Positions 38,412 through 47,188 of a DNA stretch of 64,000 nt are shown piece after piece. Made by a program: the position numbers and the translations under genes. Source of the stretch: an uncultured Thermococci archaeon (lineage in GTDB: Archaea; CAYQAE01; CAYVLA01); the NCBI GenBank assembly GCA_964549615.1, contig CAZJVP010000072.1, positions 38,803 to 102,802 on the forward strand, read 5' to 3'. The notes beneath the pieces were generated by a model. That model was not told where the DNA came from and ran no database searches. It saw only the letters and a program-made list of their open reading frames with translations. The stretch's first letter is position 1. Each line of letters opens with the position of its first letter.

Positions 38412-39506
38412 TCAGATGTTCGTCCGGATTCCTGCAAGGGATGTCCTGCATCGGTTGTAATGACAGAAGTTTTGCCAGGATACATCAGGCGGGATCCAGT
38501 GATCGGCGTGCGGAATGTACCCCCCACTCTCCACGACCGGCCAGACTCTCTTTACCTCCTTCTCGATCTCGCACTTGCCCTTTGACAGTGCGCGCTTGTC
38601 GATGCCTCCCATCATCACCAGTCTCTTTCCGTACTGCTTTCGAAGCGAGCAAACGTCCATGTTTGCCTGGACCTCGAGCGGCCAGATCCCGTTCAGGCCC
38701 GCCCGCAGCCAGTACGGTATGAGCGCACGGACGTCGCCATCGCTGTCGACGCATATCAGGTCCACGCCCCTGGAGCGCAGGTACTCGCACACGATCTCGT
38801 AGCGCGGAACCATGAATTCCTTGAACAGCTCGATGCTGATCAGCGGCCCGTTCCTGTATGCCATGTCCTCCCAGAAGCCGAAGGCGTCCAGGTCGATGTC
38901 GTCCAAGACCTTCTTGAGGATCGCGATGATGACCTCGACTCGCTGATCCATCATCCTCTCCACGAACTCCGGCTTCTCGTAGAAGGCCCTGCAGAGGTTC
39001 TTCAGCCCAAGCAGGTTGCGAAGCGGTCCGAAGAATCCACCCCACCTGCCTTGGAAGTACATCAATGGCGCCTTCCTATGTTTCCAGTCCTTGACCATTG
39101 AGTCCCAGTTTGGTGGAAACCTTTGCTTGAGCTTCGGGGCCAACCTCTTTCTAACGAGACGATCGAAGTCCTCCTCGGTCTCCACCGGAAACTTCACGAA
39201 CTGGGGCATGCTCGACTGCTCCCTGCCGCCCTTGAACTCCCTCCTAACCACCCCGTCGGGGTCGACGTACAGCAGAGTCTCCCCGTCATCCTGGATTACC
39301 TCGCGCGCGAACGGAGGACAGGGACCCGCGGAAACCGGAACTCCGAGGATAGGATCGAGACAAAAGATCTCGCCGATCGGCTTGCCGTCCCATCCTTCAC
39401 GACGCCATCTCTCAGCGGTCTCTGGCCACATCCCTTCGTCCGAGATGAAAGGGCGATCGGGCTTCTCGAAGTGCGTGACAGCACGATATCTCTCTCGCGC
39501 GTCCAT
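38412..39506 (-). CDS. Uroporphyrinogen decarboxylase (URO-D)-like protein
   Basis: RER...KPDRP, WPETAERW, WEDMAYRNGPLIS, VDSDG, PLEVQA, GGIDKR, GGYIPHADH. Confidence 0.8.
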   Translation of the reverse strand: MDARERYRAVTHFEKPDRPFISDEGMWPETAERWRREGWDGKPIGEIFCLDPILGVPVSAGPCPPFAREVIQDDGETLLYVDPDGVVRREFKGGREQSSMPQFVKFPVETEEDFDRLVRKRLAPKLKQRFPPNWDSMVKDWKHRKAPLMYFQGRWGGFFGPLRNLLGLKNLCRAFYEKPEFVERMMDQRVEVIIAILKKVLDDIDLDAFGFWEDMAYRNGPLISIELFKEFMVPRYEIVCEYLRSRGVDLICVDSDGDVRALIPYWLRAGLNGIWPLEVQANMDVCSLRKQYGKRLVMMGGIDKRALSKGKCEIEKEVKRVWPVVESGGYIPHADHWIPPDVSWQNFCHYNRCRTSLAGIRTNI

Positions 39507-39585
39507 CCGGGCTAGACATGACAACGCTGCGAGTTAAATGGATCCATACCCGTCCTGATTCCAGCTGGCCCCGGGCATGTAGGTT

Positions 39586-40845
39586 TCAGCTCCTTCGCGT
39601 GGTGCCCACTGCCCTGTAGAGCCTGCGCCGCACCATTAGAGACCAGATGGCGACGCCGGCGACCATGAGGGCCCCAGAGACGGACATATACTCTATGAGA
39701 TACACCCAGAGGAGGGCCCTCGACTTCGCCTCCATCGCCGCTCGCTCGGCCGCGCTGAACTCTTCCTCGAGCTTCTCAATCCACTCGAGAGCGCCGGGAT
39801 AGTCCTCCTGCAAATACCTCGAGTCAACCTCCTTCTTGGCGGCCTTCACGGCCTTGAGCTTCTCATCGACCTCCTTCGTGCTTGCCCCGAAGTTCTCGAT
39901 GAAACTCAGGAAGTCTCCGATCAAGGCGAGACGAGTTGAATAACTCTGAAAGCTCGCCCTGATGGTGTGCATCATTACCGGGTCATCTGGGCACTCCATG
40001 CCAACGACGAAATAGTCTAGGTTCAGGACGAAATCGATCCAGTAGGTCCAGCGGTCCTGCCAGATCCCGGATCCCTTGTAGAAGCCGTGGAGGTCGCAGG
40101 TGAACGAGAGCGCCCGGCCATTACCCACATCCCAGTAGGCAAGGAGGGGCTCTTTCTGCGGCCGCACCTCCATGACTAGCTTGCACCCTTCTTTCAGGGT
40201 CACTTGGTTTATCTCCATCAGGGGAGGCGCAGACTCGAAGGGCAGAGACCTCGTCAGAGTGTTTTCCTCAAGAACCCTCACCCACATCGGACCCGTGACG
40301 AATTTCTGGGTGAGCGAATTGGTCGGGAGGAGGTTCACGTCCAGGTAGCTGCCCTCCCACGTGGAGTGGGCCTGTGGCCCTCCGCCGAAGCCGCGGTAGC
40401 CGTCGGTCATGGCCAACCCCATGCCGCCCTCCTTGACCGCCCTCGTGAAGTGTACCTGCCAGGCACCGGAGATCACGTTCTCGTCGCATCCCGAGAGTTG
40501 AACCATGTCGTAGCGGGACACAAGCTCATCATAGGTTCGCGGGAAGTAAACGCGCATGGCGCGATCGATATCCTCCTGCGTGTTTCCGTACATCCCGCCC
40601 TCCCCCCACCAGACGGTTATCGCGGGTATCAGCGTCGGCTTGATCTTCGGGTCCGAAAGGAAGATCAAACCGGGCTTGGTGCCCCAGAACGGCGAGCCGA
40701 TGTAGAGAAGCCTGAGCCTTCCCGTCTCCGGGTCCAACCTCTTCTGCATGCCAGAGACCATCCCACCTGCGAGGAGCAGCACGGCGACGATGATCCCTAT
40801 GATCCGATGACAAATGAGATTGGATTTAGGCTGCAACGCTCCCAC
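39586..40845 (-). CDS. Uncharacterised membrane-anchored protein (paralog 3 of 4)
   Basis: DPETGRLRLLYIG, YFPRTY, GGMGLAM, WDVGNGR, FIENFGAS, ALLWVYLIEY...IWSLMVRRRLYRAV. Confidence 0.7.
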   Translation of the reverse strand: MGALQPKSNLICHRIIGIIVAVLLLAGGMVSGMQKRLDPETGRLRLLYIGSPFWGTKPGLIFLSDPKIKPTLIPAITVWWGEGGMYGNTQEDIDRAMRVYFPRTYDELVSRYDMVQLSGCDENVISGAWQVHFTRAVKEGGMGLAMTDGYRGFGGGPQAHSTWEGSYLDVNLLPTNSLTQKFVTGPMWVRVLEENTLTRSLPFESAPPLMEINQVTLKEGCKLVMEVRPQKEPLLAYWDVGNGRALSFTCDLHGFYKGSGIWQDRWTYWIDFVLNLDYFVVGMECPDDPVMMHTIRASFQSYSTRLALIGDFLSFIENFGASTKEVDEKLKAVKAAKKEVDSRYLQEDYPGALEWIEKLEEEFSAAERAAMEAKSRALLWVYLIEYMSVSGALMVAGVAIWSLMVRRRLYRAVGTTRRS

Positions 40846-41027
40846 TTGTTGATCCTTAAGCTGAAAAAACTTCCGAGATCAACGCGATGCGTCATCGCTG
40901 GAAGGGCAGGTAGCTGCTAGAGCCGCGAGCCTTTTCTCGGCCTGCGCAAGGCCTCGGATGGGCGATGCCGGGAAACGGTTAAGAGCCTTAGGCCGTGCGG
41001 AGGCGTAAGGTGAATCGCACGTCACCC

Positions 41028-42671
41028 ATGGCAGGTCAGCAAATGAAATCGAAGGATCTCTCGGCATCCTGGGGAGTGCAGCTCCATAAGCCCCGGGAGG
41101 TCGATCGCACCTACGTCGCCGTTAGGGACGGCACCAAGTTGTACGTCGAGGTCTATCGGCCCGATTCACCGGGTAGGTTCCCGGCAATACTTCTCATGAA
41201 CCCGTACCATAACGTCAGCGTGCCGCCGCATTCCAGGACGAAGTCCAACCACATCGAGTTCACCTCCAGGGGATACGCCGTGGTAGAGTCGGAGGTGAGA
41301 GGAACCGGCATCTCCGAGGGGAAGTTCTTCTTCCTTCGCAATGACGGAAAGGACGGATACGACATCATTCGTTGGATCAGGGATCAGCCTTGGTGCGACG
41401 GTAACGTTGGCCTGATGGGCGCCTCCTACCTCGGAATGGACCAGTTCCCGATCGCCGCCCGCAATCCGCCAGGCCTGAAGGCGATGTTTGTGGGCGTCGC
41501 CGGCGCCGACCTTTATGGCGATATGGTGTACCCCGGAGGCATATTGAACACGATGATACTCAGGTGGGCGGTCAATCACGCAGCGCACCTCCTGCCGCCT
41601 TGGGTTCCGCAGCTCTTCGATATGCCTCAGGAGATAGACCCTAGGATCTACGAGATGCAGGAGAAGATCCATTGCCAAAGGACGCAGCTCATGATCAAAC
41701 AAGCGCTCGAAGGGGGCGGGCTCTACGACAACGACTTCCTCAAGGAATGGATTTCGCATCCCACCGACGGCCCGTTCTGGAGGCAGGACTCCCCATACAA
41801 CTTCTTCAAGAGCATCCGCACCCCGGTATACTGCCAGGGGGGCTGGTTCGACTTTTTCATAGCAGGAACGATAAGGAGCTTCGTCGAGATCGATGCACCG
41901 AAGAAGCTCCTCATCGGCCCATGGTTCCACGGCGGAAAGGAAGGGTGCGACCTACTGGGGGTTCAGCTTCGATGGTTTGACTACTGGTTGAAGGGAATCC
42001 AGAACGGCATCATGGAGGAGCCGCCCGTGCGAGTCTTCGTCATGGGCAAGGACGAATGGAGATTCGAGGATGGTTGGCCTCCAAAGTCTCGGACAATGCG
42101 CCTATACCTGAGGCGTGGAGAGCCGAATCCACGTCATAGCTTGAACGACGGCCTTCTGTCCACGAAGCCCGCGGCTGCGGACGAGGAGCCGGACAGAATC
42201 TCGCACGACCCAGCAAATCTTGTTCCGAGCGTTGCGTTCAGGAATGCGGACATAAGACGAGCGGAGAGGGCCTGCCTCACCTACACCACCGAGCCCCTCA
42301 GCAAGGACATCGAGCTGAACGGTAACGTCGAGCTCCTGCTGAACGCATCGACAAACGCGTTCGATGTCGATTGGTTCGCGAAGCTGACCCGCGTGATCCC
42401 TGAAGGAGATTCGATCGTGATTTCATCTGGAGTCCTGAGAGCTTCCCACCGCCGATCGCACGAGCATCCGCAGAAACTGGTTCCCGGACGCGTCTATGCC
42501 ATGAGGATCGTGATGTCCCCTCTCTGCATTCTGATTCCGAAGGGACATCGCTTGAGATTGGACTTGGCCAACAGCGACTTTCCCCACTTCGCGCCGAACC
42601 TTGTTGCCTCTGATAACGAAGTGTATCACGACGCAAGGCATCGGTCTTGCCTGATCTTGAGCGTGAGATAG
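41028..42671 (+). CDS. CocE/NonD family (S15) serine hydrolase
   Basis: RDGTKL, RGTG.SEG, nucleophile GASYLG, GGWFD, IGPWFH; C-terminal jelly-roll (GHRLRL). Confidence 0.9.
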   Translation: MAGQQMKSKDLSASWGVQLHKPREVDRTYVAVRDGTKLYVEVYRPDSPGRFPAILLMNPYHNVSVPPHSRTKSNHIEFTSRGYAVVESEVRGTGISEGKFFFLRNDGKDGYDIIRWIRDQPWCDGNVGLMGASYLGMDQFPIAARNPPGLKAMFVGVAGADLYGDMVYPGGILNTMILRWAVNHAAHLLPPWVPQLFDMPQEIDPRIYEMQEKIHCQRTQLMIKQALEGGGLYDNDFLKEWISHPTDGPFWRQDSPYNFFKSIRTPVYCQGGWFDFFIAGTIRSFVEIDAPKKLLIGPWFHGGKEGCDLLGVQLRWFDYWLKGIQNGIMEEPPVRVFVMGKDEWRFEDGWPPKSRTMRLYLRRGEPNPRHSLNDGLLSTKPAAADEEPDRISHDPANLVPSVAFRNADIRRAERACLTYTTEPLSKDIELNGNVELLLNASTNAFDVDWFAKLTRVIPEGDSIVISSGVLRASHRRSHEHPQKLVPGRVYAMRIVMSPLCILIPKGHRLRLDLANSDFPHFAPNLVASDNEVYHDARHRSCLILSVR

Positions 42672-42730
42672 AATCGATTCTGAGCGGCGCGACGGCATAG
42701 AAAGGAAAACATCACGGTCGAGAAGAAAAG

Positions 42731-42745
42731 GGAACAATTTTATAG
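42731..42745 (+). promoter_or_regulatory. Putative BRE/TATA promoter upstream of the KamA fusion gene
   Basis: ggaacaaTTTTATAg, about 395 nt before the ATG at 43139. Confidence 0.45.
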
Positions 42746-43138
42746 CGAGGCGCGCACAAGTTGGCCCGTAACTCGAATGCAAACAGGGAGAGATGCGTGA
42801 GACCTCACAGCAGAGAATGCGCGAAGGTCGTCATCATTCTCATCCAAGAGGCAGATGATAGCAGGCGAGTATGCATTCCCAATTTGGGCGGTCGATGAAC
42901 TTCTTACTGACGACCACGCCCAATCAGATCACGCAGAGCCAAAGGCTCCTGATGAGCATGTCCTACCACACGCGCTCGGCAGGGCGCGGCAGGCGCCACA
43001 TCTTCGATTCTCGGACTGCCTTGCACCGCTCGCCGGACCAGGTCGCTCGTCCGATTCCTGCCGCTAGGCGCGGTTCGCATCTGGAAGGTATCACGCTAAC
43101 TGGGTGTTTGATGGGAGACCCAGGGAAGGGTTGGAAAG

Positions 43139-45334
43139 ATGGAAGGAAGTGAAGACGATTCCGATCCGGGCAGTAGTCTTGGTAGCGGGAGCGTTAACAG
43201 CAAAAGTAATGGGGAAAACAACGGGAACGGTTCGGTGTATGAGAGGCTGAGGCAGCTCGGCGCAAACATGGACGAGATAGATCGGGTGAAAAGGAAATAC
43301 CCGATGAAGATCACGAGGTACTACCTCAGCCTCATAGAGCACAAGGGCGATCCCATATGGAAGCAGGCGGTGCCTGCCGCTGAGGAACTCGAGGACAATT
43401 TCAACGTAGAAGATCCTCTCAGGGAGGAGGTGCATACCCCTGTCCCCTGCCTTGTGCACAAGTACCCTGACAGGGTGCTCTTACTGGCAAGCAGCTTGTG
43501 TGCGATGTACTGCAGGTTCTGCACCAGGAAGAGGAAGGTAGGCAGGATACAGCAGATTCCGATGGAGGACATCTTCCGCGCGATAGATTACATCAAGGAG
43601 CACAAGGAGGTGAGGGACGTCATCGTGTCGGGCGGCGATCCGCTCATGAGGCCCGACGACGAGATAGAGGAGATACTCAAGAGATTGAGGCAGATCCCGC
43701 ACGTCGAGATCATCAGGATAGGGACGAGGATGCCGTGTGTTGCGCCCCAGAGAATCACCCCCCGGCTGGTGGGCATGCTCAAGAAGTACCATCCACTTTT
43801 CGTGAACGTTCACTTCAACCATCCGAGGGAGATCACCCCGGAATCATCGGCGGCCTTGAACCTGCTTGCGGACGCAGGCATACCACTGGGCAGTCAGACG
43901 GTATTGCTGAGGGGCGTCAACGACGATCCACATGTCATGATGGAACTCATGCACCGGTTGATCAAAAACCGCGTCAAGCCCTATTACATCTACCAGTGTG
44001 ACCTCGTGAAGGGCGTCGAACACTTCAGGACGCCTGTCCAGACGGGCATCGAGATAATCAGAAGCCTCCAAGGCTTCACGTCGGGTCTCTGCGTTCCCCA
44101 CTTCGTGATAGACGGGCCGGGAGGCAAGGTGCCGGTTTCGCCCCAGTACGTCAAAGAGATAACGCCCGACCAGATAGTGGTCACCAACTTCATGAACAAC
44201 CTCTATACCTACCCGGGGCTGGTACGAAATCAGGAGAAGCAACTGGCGAACAAGAAGGTGAAGAGGATCGGGATCGCGTTCAACCTGAAGAAGGAGTTGG
44301 GCAAGACGGACAGGTTCGACAAGTACTCGGAATTCGATGACCTCGAAACCATAAACGCGATAAGGTTGGCCATCGAGAAGGCTGGGTACGACGTGGTCCT
44401 GCTAGAGGCCGACCGGGACTTCACGTTCAACCTCAGGGAGGCTAACGTCGACTTCGTTTTCAACATCGCCGAGGGCATTCAGGGGGAGTGCAGGGAATCC
44501 CATGTCCCCGCCATACTCGAGATGTTCAACATCCCGTACACCGGGTCGGGCGTCCTGACGCAGGCGATAACGCTCAACAAGAGCAGGAAGAAGGAGATAC
44601 TCAGCTACTACGGCATACCGACCCCGAGGTGGCAGATATTCAGGAATACCAACCAGAAGCTCGATCCACTGCTTTCATTTCCGCTCATAGTGAAGCCCGA
44701 TGCGGAGGGCTCGAGCGTAGGCATAACGAACGACAGCCTAGTCTTCGATGCAATATCGCTGAAGAAGCAGGTCAGCAAGATACTCAGGGAGTACAAGCAA
44801 CCGGCGCTCGTTGAGGAGTATGTCGATGGCAGGGAGTTCACGGTGTCGCTCCTTGGCAACCCCCCCAAGGTCCTGCCCATCATCGAGATAAACTTTGACC
44901 ATCTCCCGGATGGCCTGCACAAGTTCGATTCCTGGGAGGCGAAATGGATATACGATAATCCCAGCAGCCCCATCGATCCCTTGATCGTCCCGGCTGACCT
45001 GAAGCCCAAGCTGAAGGCGCAGATCGAAAGGGTCGCCAAGCAGACGTTCGAGAAGCTCGGGTGCGTCGACCTAGCGAGAATAGACATACGGCTGAACCGC
45101 GAAGGAGTGCCTTACGTCCTGGATGTGAACGCCCTCCCGGGACTCATGCCAGATCCGAAGAAGAACTCCAGATTCCCAAGGTCCTGCTATGCTGCGGGGA
45201 TGACGTACGACGACATCATACTTGCCATCCTCCATTCCGCAATGAAGAGGTATAACCTGCTTCTTGAGCCCGTGAGGGAGCCTGCCAGCGCCAGGAACGG
45301 GAAGACGGCGCCCCTAGAGGGTGAGGCCGGCTGA
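43139..45334 (+). CDS. KamA-family radical SAM aminomutase fused to a D-Ala-D-Ala-ligase-like ATP-grasp domain
   Basis: EDPL.E, HKYPDR, CAMYCRFCTR, SGGDPL, HFNHP, VLLRGVND, GGKVP (PLP Lys). Then FNIAEG, PYTGS, FPLIVKP.EGSS.GI, EEYVDGRE, ARID.R, DVNALPG. Confidence 0.9.
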   Translation: MEGSEDDSDPGSSLGSGSVNSKSNGENNGNGSVYERLRQLGANMDEIDRVKRKYPMKITRYYLSLIEHKGDPIWKQAVPAAEELEDNFNVEDPLREEVHTPVPCLVHKYPDRVLLLASSLCAMYCRFCTRKRKVGRIQQIPMEDIFRAIDYIKEHKEVRDVIVSGGDPLMRPDDEIEEILKRLRQIPHVEIIRIGTRMPCVAPQRITPRLVGMLKKYHPLFVNVHFNHPREITPESSAALNLLADAGIPLGSQTVLLRGVNDDPHVMMELMHRLIKNRVKPYYIYQCDLVKGVEHFRTPVQTGIEIIRSLQGFTSGLCVPHFVIDGPGGKVPVSPQYVKEITPDQIVVTNFMNNLYTYPGLVRNQEKQLANKKVKRIGIAFNLKKELGKTDRFDKYSEFDDLETINAIRLAIEKAGYDVVLLEADRDFTFNLREANVDFVFNIAEGIQGECRESHVPAILEMFNIPYTGSGVLTQAITLNKSRKKEILSYYGIPTPRWQIFRNTNQKLDPLLSFPLIVKPDAEGSSVGITNDSLVFDAISLKKQVSKILREYKQPALVEEYVDGREFTVSLLGNPPKVLPIIEINFDHLPDGLHKFDSWEAKWIYDNPSSPIDPLIVPADLKPKLKAQIERVAKQTFEKLGCVDLARIDIRLNREGVPYVLDVNALPGLMPDPKKNSRFPRSCYAAGMTYDDIILAILHSAMKRYNLLLEPVREPASARNGKTAPLEGEAG

Positions 45335-45355
45335 GCCTGGCCTCAGCCTTCTCGT

Positions 45356-45370
45356 GAAGATTCTTATATC
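45356..45370 (+). promoter_or_regulatory. Putative internal TATA promoter for the ATP-grasp::GNAT gene
   Basis: gaagattcTTATATc, about 30 nt before the ATG at 45399. Confidence 0.4.
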
Positions 45371-45398
45371 CCCCGGGCCAAATCAGGGGCGACCAGGG

Positions 45399-47009
45399 AT
45401 GAAGGTAGGTATCCTCTACAACGTGGTTGAGACCGTGGAGAGGGGCCTGGACAGCGACAAACAGTCGGATAATGAGATACTGGAGGTTCAACAGCACGTG
45501 CGGGCAGCCCTCCAGGACGATCATGATGTTATCCCCGTCAAGGTCACTAGGACCATCTTCACGCGGTTGGACAAGGAAAGCTTCGATATCATATTCAACC
45601 TATGTGAAGGGTACATGGGAAACGTCCATGGAGAATCATGGATAGCCGGGTTCCTTGACCTTCTGGGAATACCCTACACTGGCTCGGACGCGTTCACCCT
45701 GGGGCTCTGCCTTGACAAGGCGAGAACGAAGGACGTCCTCCGGGCGAACGGGATTCCGACCCCTAGCTACCAGGTCTTTCAGCAGGCAGAGGATCCCCTC
45801 CAACAGGACATGAAGTTCCCCCTGATTGTCAAGCCGCTCCACGAGGACGGGAGCGTCGGCATAGACCAAGACTCCGTCGTGCTGAACGAGGAGAAGCTGA
45901 GGGCCCGGGTCGCCTACGTGATCAAGACCTACCGGCAGCCCGCTCTCGTTGAGGAGTTCGTGGATGGTAGAGAGCTAAACGTCGCGATAATGGGCAATCC
46001 GCCCGACTTGGAGGTTCTCCCGATATCTGAGATAATCTTCAACATGAAGGAAGGGAACCACAAGATAGTGGATTTCAACGCCAAGTGGGTTGCGACATCG
46101 GAAACCTACAAGTCGACCGTGGGAGTTTGCCCCGCTGAGCTGGACAAGGATCTGGAGCAGAGGGTCAAGGACATTGCAGTGAGGGCCTACATTCTAACGA
46201 GGTGCAGGGACTACGCAAGGGTAGATTTGAGGGTTAGGGATGGCGTCCCTTACGTATTGGAGGTGAATCCGAACCCTGGGTTGGACCATGACGGCGGGTT
46301 CGCAAGGAGCGCGAGGGCAAGCGGATTGGACTACAACCAGATGATAAAGAAGATACTGCAATTGGCAGTCGTTCGAACGAAGGCACGCTCCAAAGAACGA
46401 TCCCGCAAGAAAAGGTTCGAAACGGACACGCTGAGGGCGCGGGAGGTCCGCCTCGAGGACATCCCCGTGCTCCTCCAGTGGTTCAACGACACGGTCATAT
46501 CGAAGTTCATGGACGACCCCGGCTCGATCGAGACGGAGGAAAGCCTCATAGAGAAGTTCTTCGTGAAGATTCCCAACGACATAGACCTGCTGGTAGAGGC
46601 GAAGGCGACGGGCAAACCACTCGGGTACTGCTCTATCTATGACATAGACAGGGTGAACGACAGCGCGGAGATATCGTTTCTCATAGGTGATGGCGAGCAA
46701 CGTGGGAGAGGCTACGGCAACGAGATCGTCAGACTTATAGTCCGCATCTGCTTTGAGAGCCTCGGTCTCAACAGGGTCATAGCGTCGGCCACCACGGAGA
46801 ACATTATGTCGATCAAGGCACTTCAGGCAGCAGGGTTCAGGAGGGTGGGCCTCCTCAGGGAATACCAGGTGGTGGACGGGAAGAGGTATGACGAGGTGCT
46901 TTTTGAGATGCTCAAGGAGGACTATCTGAAGCTCCAACCGACAGCCCAACCCTCGACACAAACCCCGACACAAACCCCGACACAGGTCCCCCAAGCAACA
47001 GTCCGGTGA
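45399..47009 (+). CDS. D-Ala-D-Ala-ligase-like ATP-grasp protein fused to a RimJ/RimL-type GNAT acetyltransferase
   Basis: FNLCEG, PYTGSD, FPLIVKP.EDGS.GI, EEFVDGRE, YARVDLR, EVNPNP. C-terminal AEIS..IG...RGRGYG, N..S.K...AGF..G.LRE. Confidence 0.88.
   Translation: MKVGILYNVVETVERGLDSDKQSDNEILEVQQHVRAALQDDHDVIPVKVTRTIFTRLDKESFDIIFNLCEGYMGNVHGESWIAGFLDLLGIPYTGSDAFTLGLCLDKARTKDVLRANGIPTPSYQVFQQAEDPLQQDMKFPLIVKPLHEDGSVGIDQDSVVLNEEKLRARVAYVIKTYRQPALVEEFVDGRELNVAIMGNPPDLEVLPISEIIFNMKEGNHKIVDFNAKWVATSETYKSTVGVCPAELDKDLEQRVKDIAVRAYILTRCRDYARVDLRVRDGVPYVLEVNPNPGLDHDGGFARSARASGLDYNQMIKKILQLAVVRTKARSKERSRKKRFETDTLRAREVRLEDIPVLLQWFNDTVISKFMDDPGSIETEESLIEKFFVKIPNDIDLLVEAKATGKPLGYCSIYDIDRVNDSAEISFLIGDGEQRGRGYGNEIVRLIVRICFESLGLNRVIASATTENIMSIKALQAAGFRRVGLLREYQVVDGKRYDEVLFEMLKEDYLKLQPTAQPSTQTPTQTPTQVPQATVR
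46955..46990 (+). repeat. 12-bp coding tandem repeat (gacacaaacccc x2 plus one degenerate copy), encoding TQTP-TQTP-TQVP
   Basis: Directly visible in the sequence at the 3' end of the GNAT fusion gene. Confidence 0.7.
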
Positions 47010-47188
47010 AAAGAGTAGCGGGAATGTCCTTGGATCGGTCTACCGACCCTGGGCAATGGGGGGCCGTTCGTGAGATCGCGTGTCGGGGTTAGCACGCAAC
47101 CACGGGGGCGAGGCCCTGCAAAGCAAGGACGCGGGACGCAGCGAGGAAACGTTTTAAGTCGGCGGCCTTTGCGTACCTCGAACGAAGG

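Noticed and set aside
42855-42910. C/D-box sRNA (atgata...cgatga...ctga)
   Set aside because: The boxes are degenerate, the guide spacing is too short, and there is no D' box.
46955-47090. 11-nt inverted complement (gtgtcggggtt, 47080-47090) of the coding tandem repeat as a regulatory hairpin or IS end
   Set aside because: Short, plausible by chance in GC-rich DNA, with no transposase or target-site duplication.
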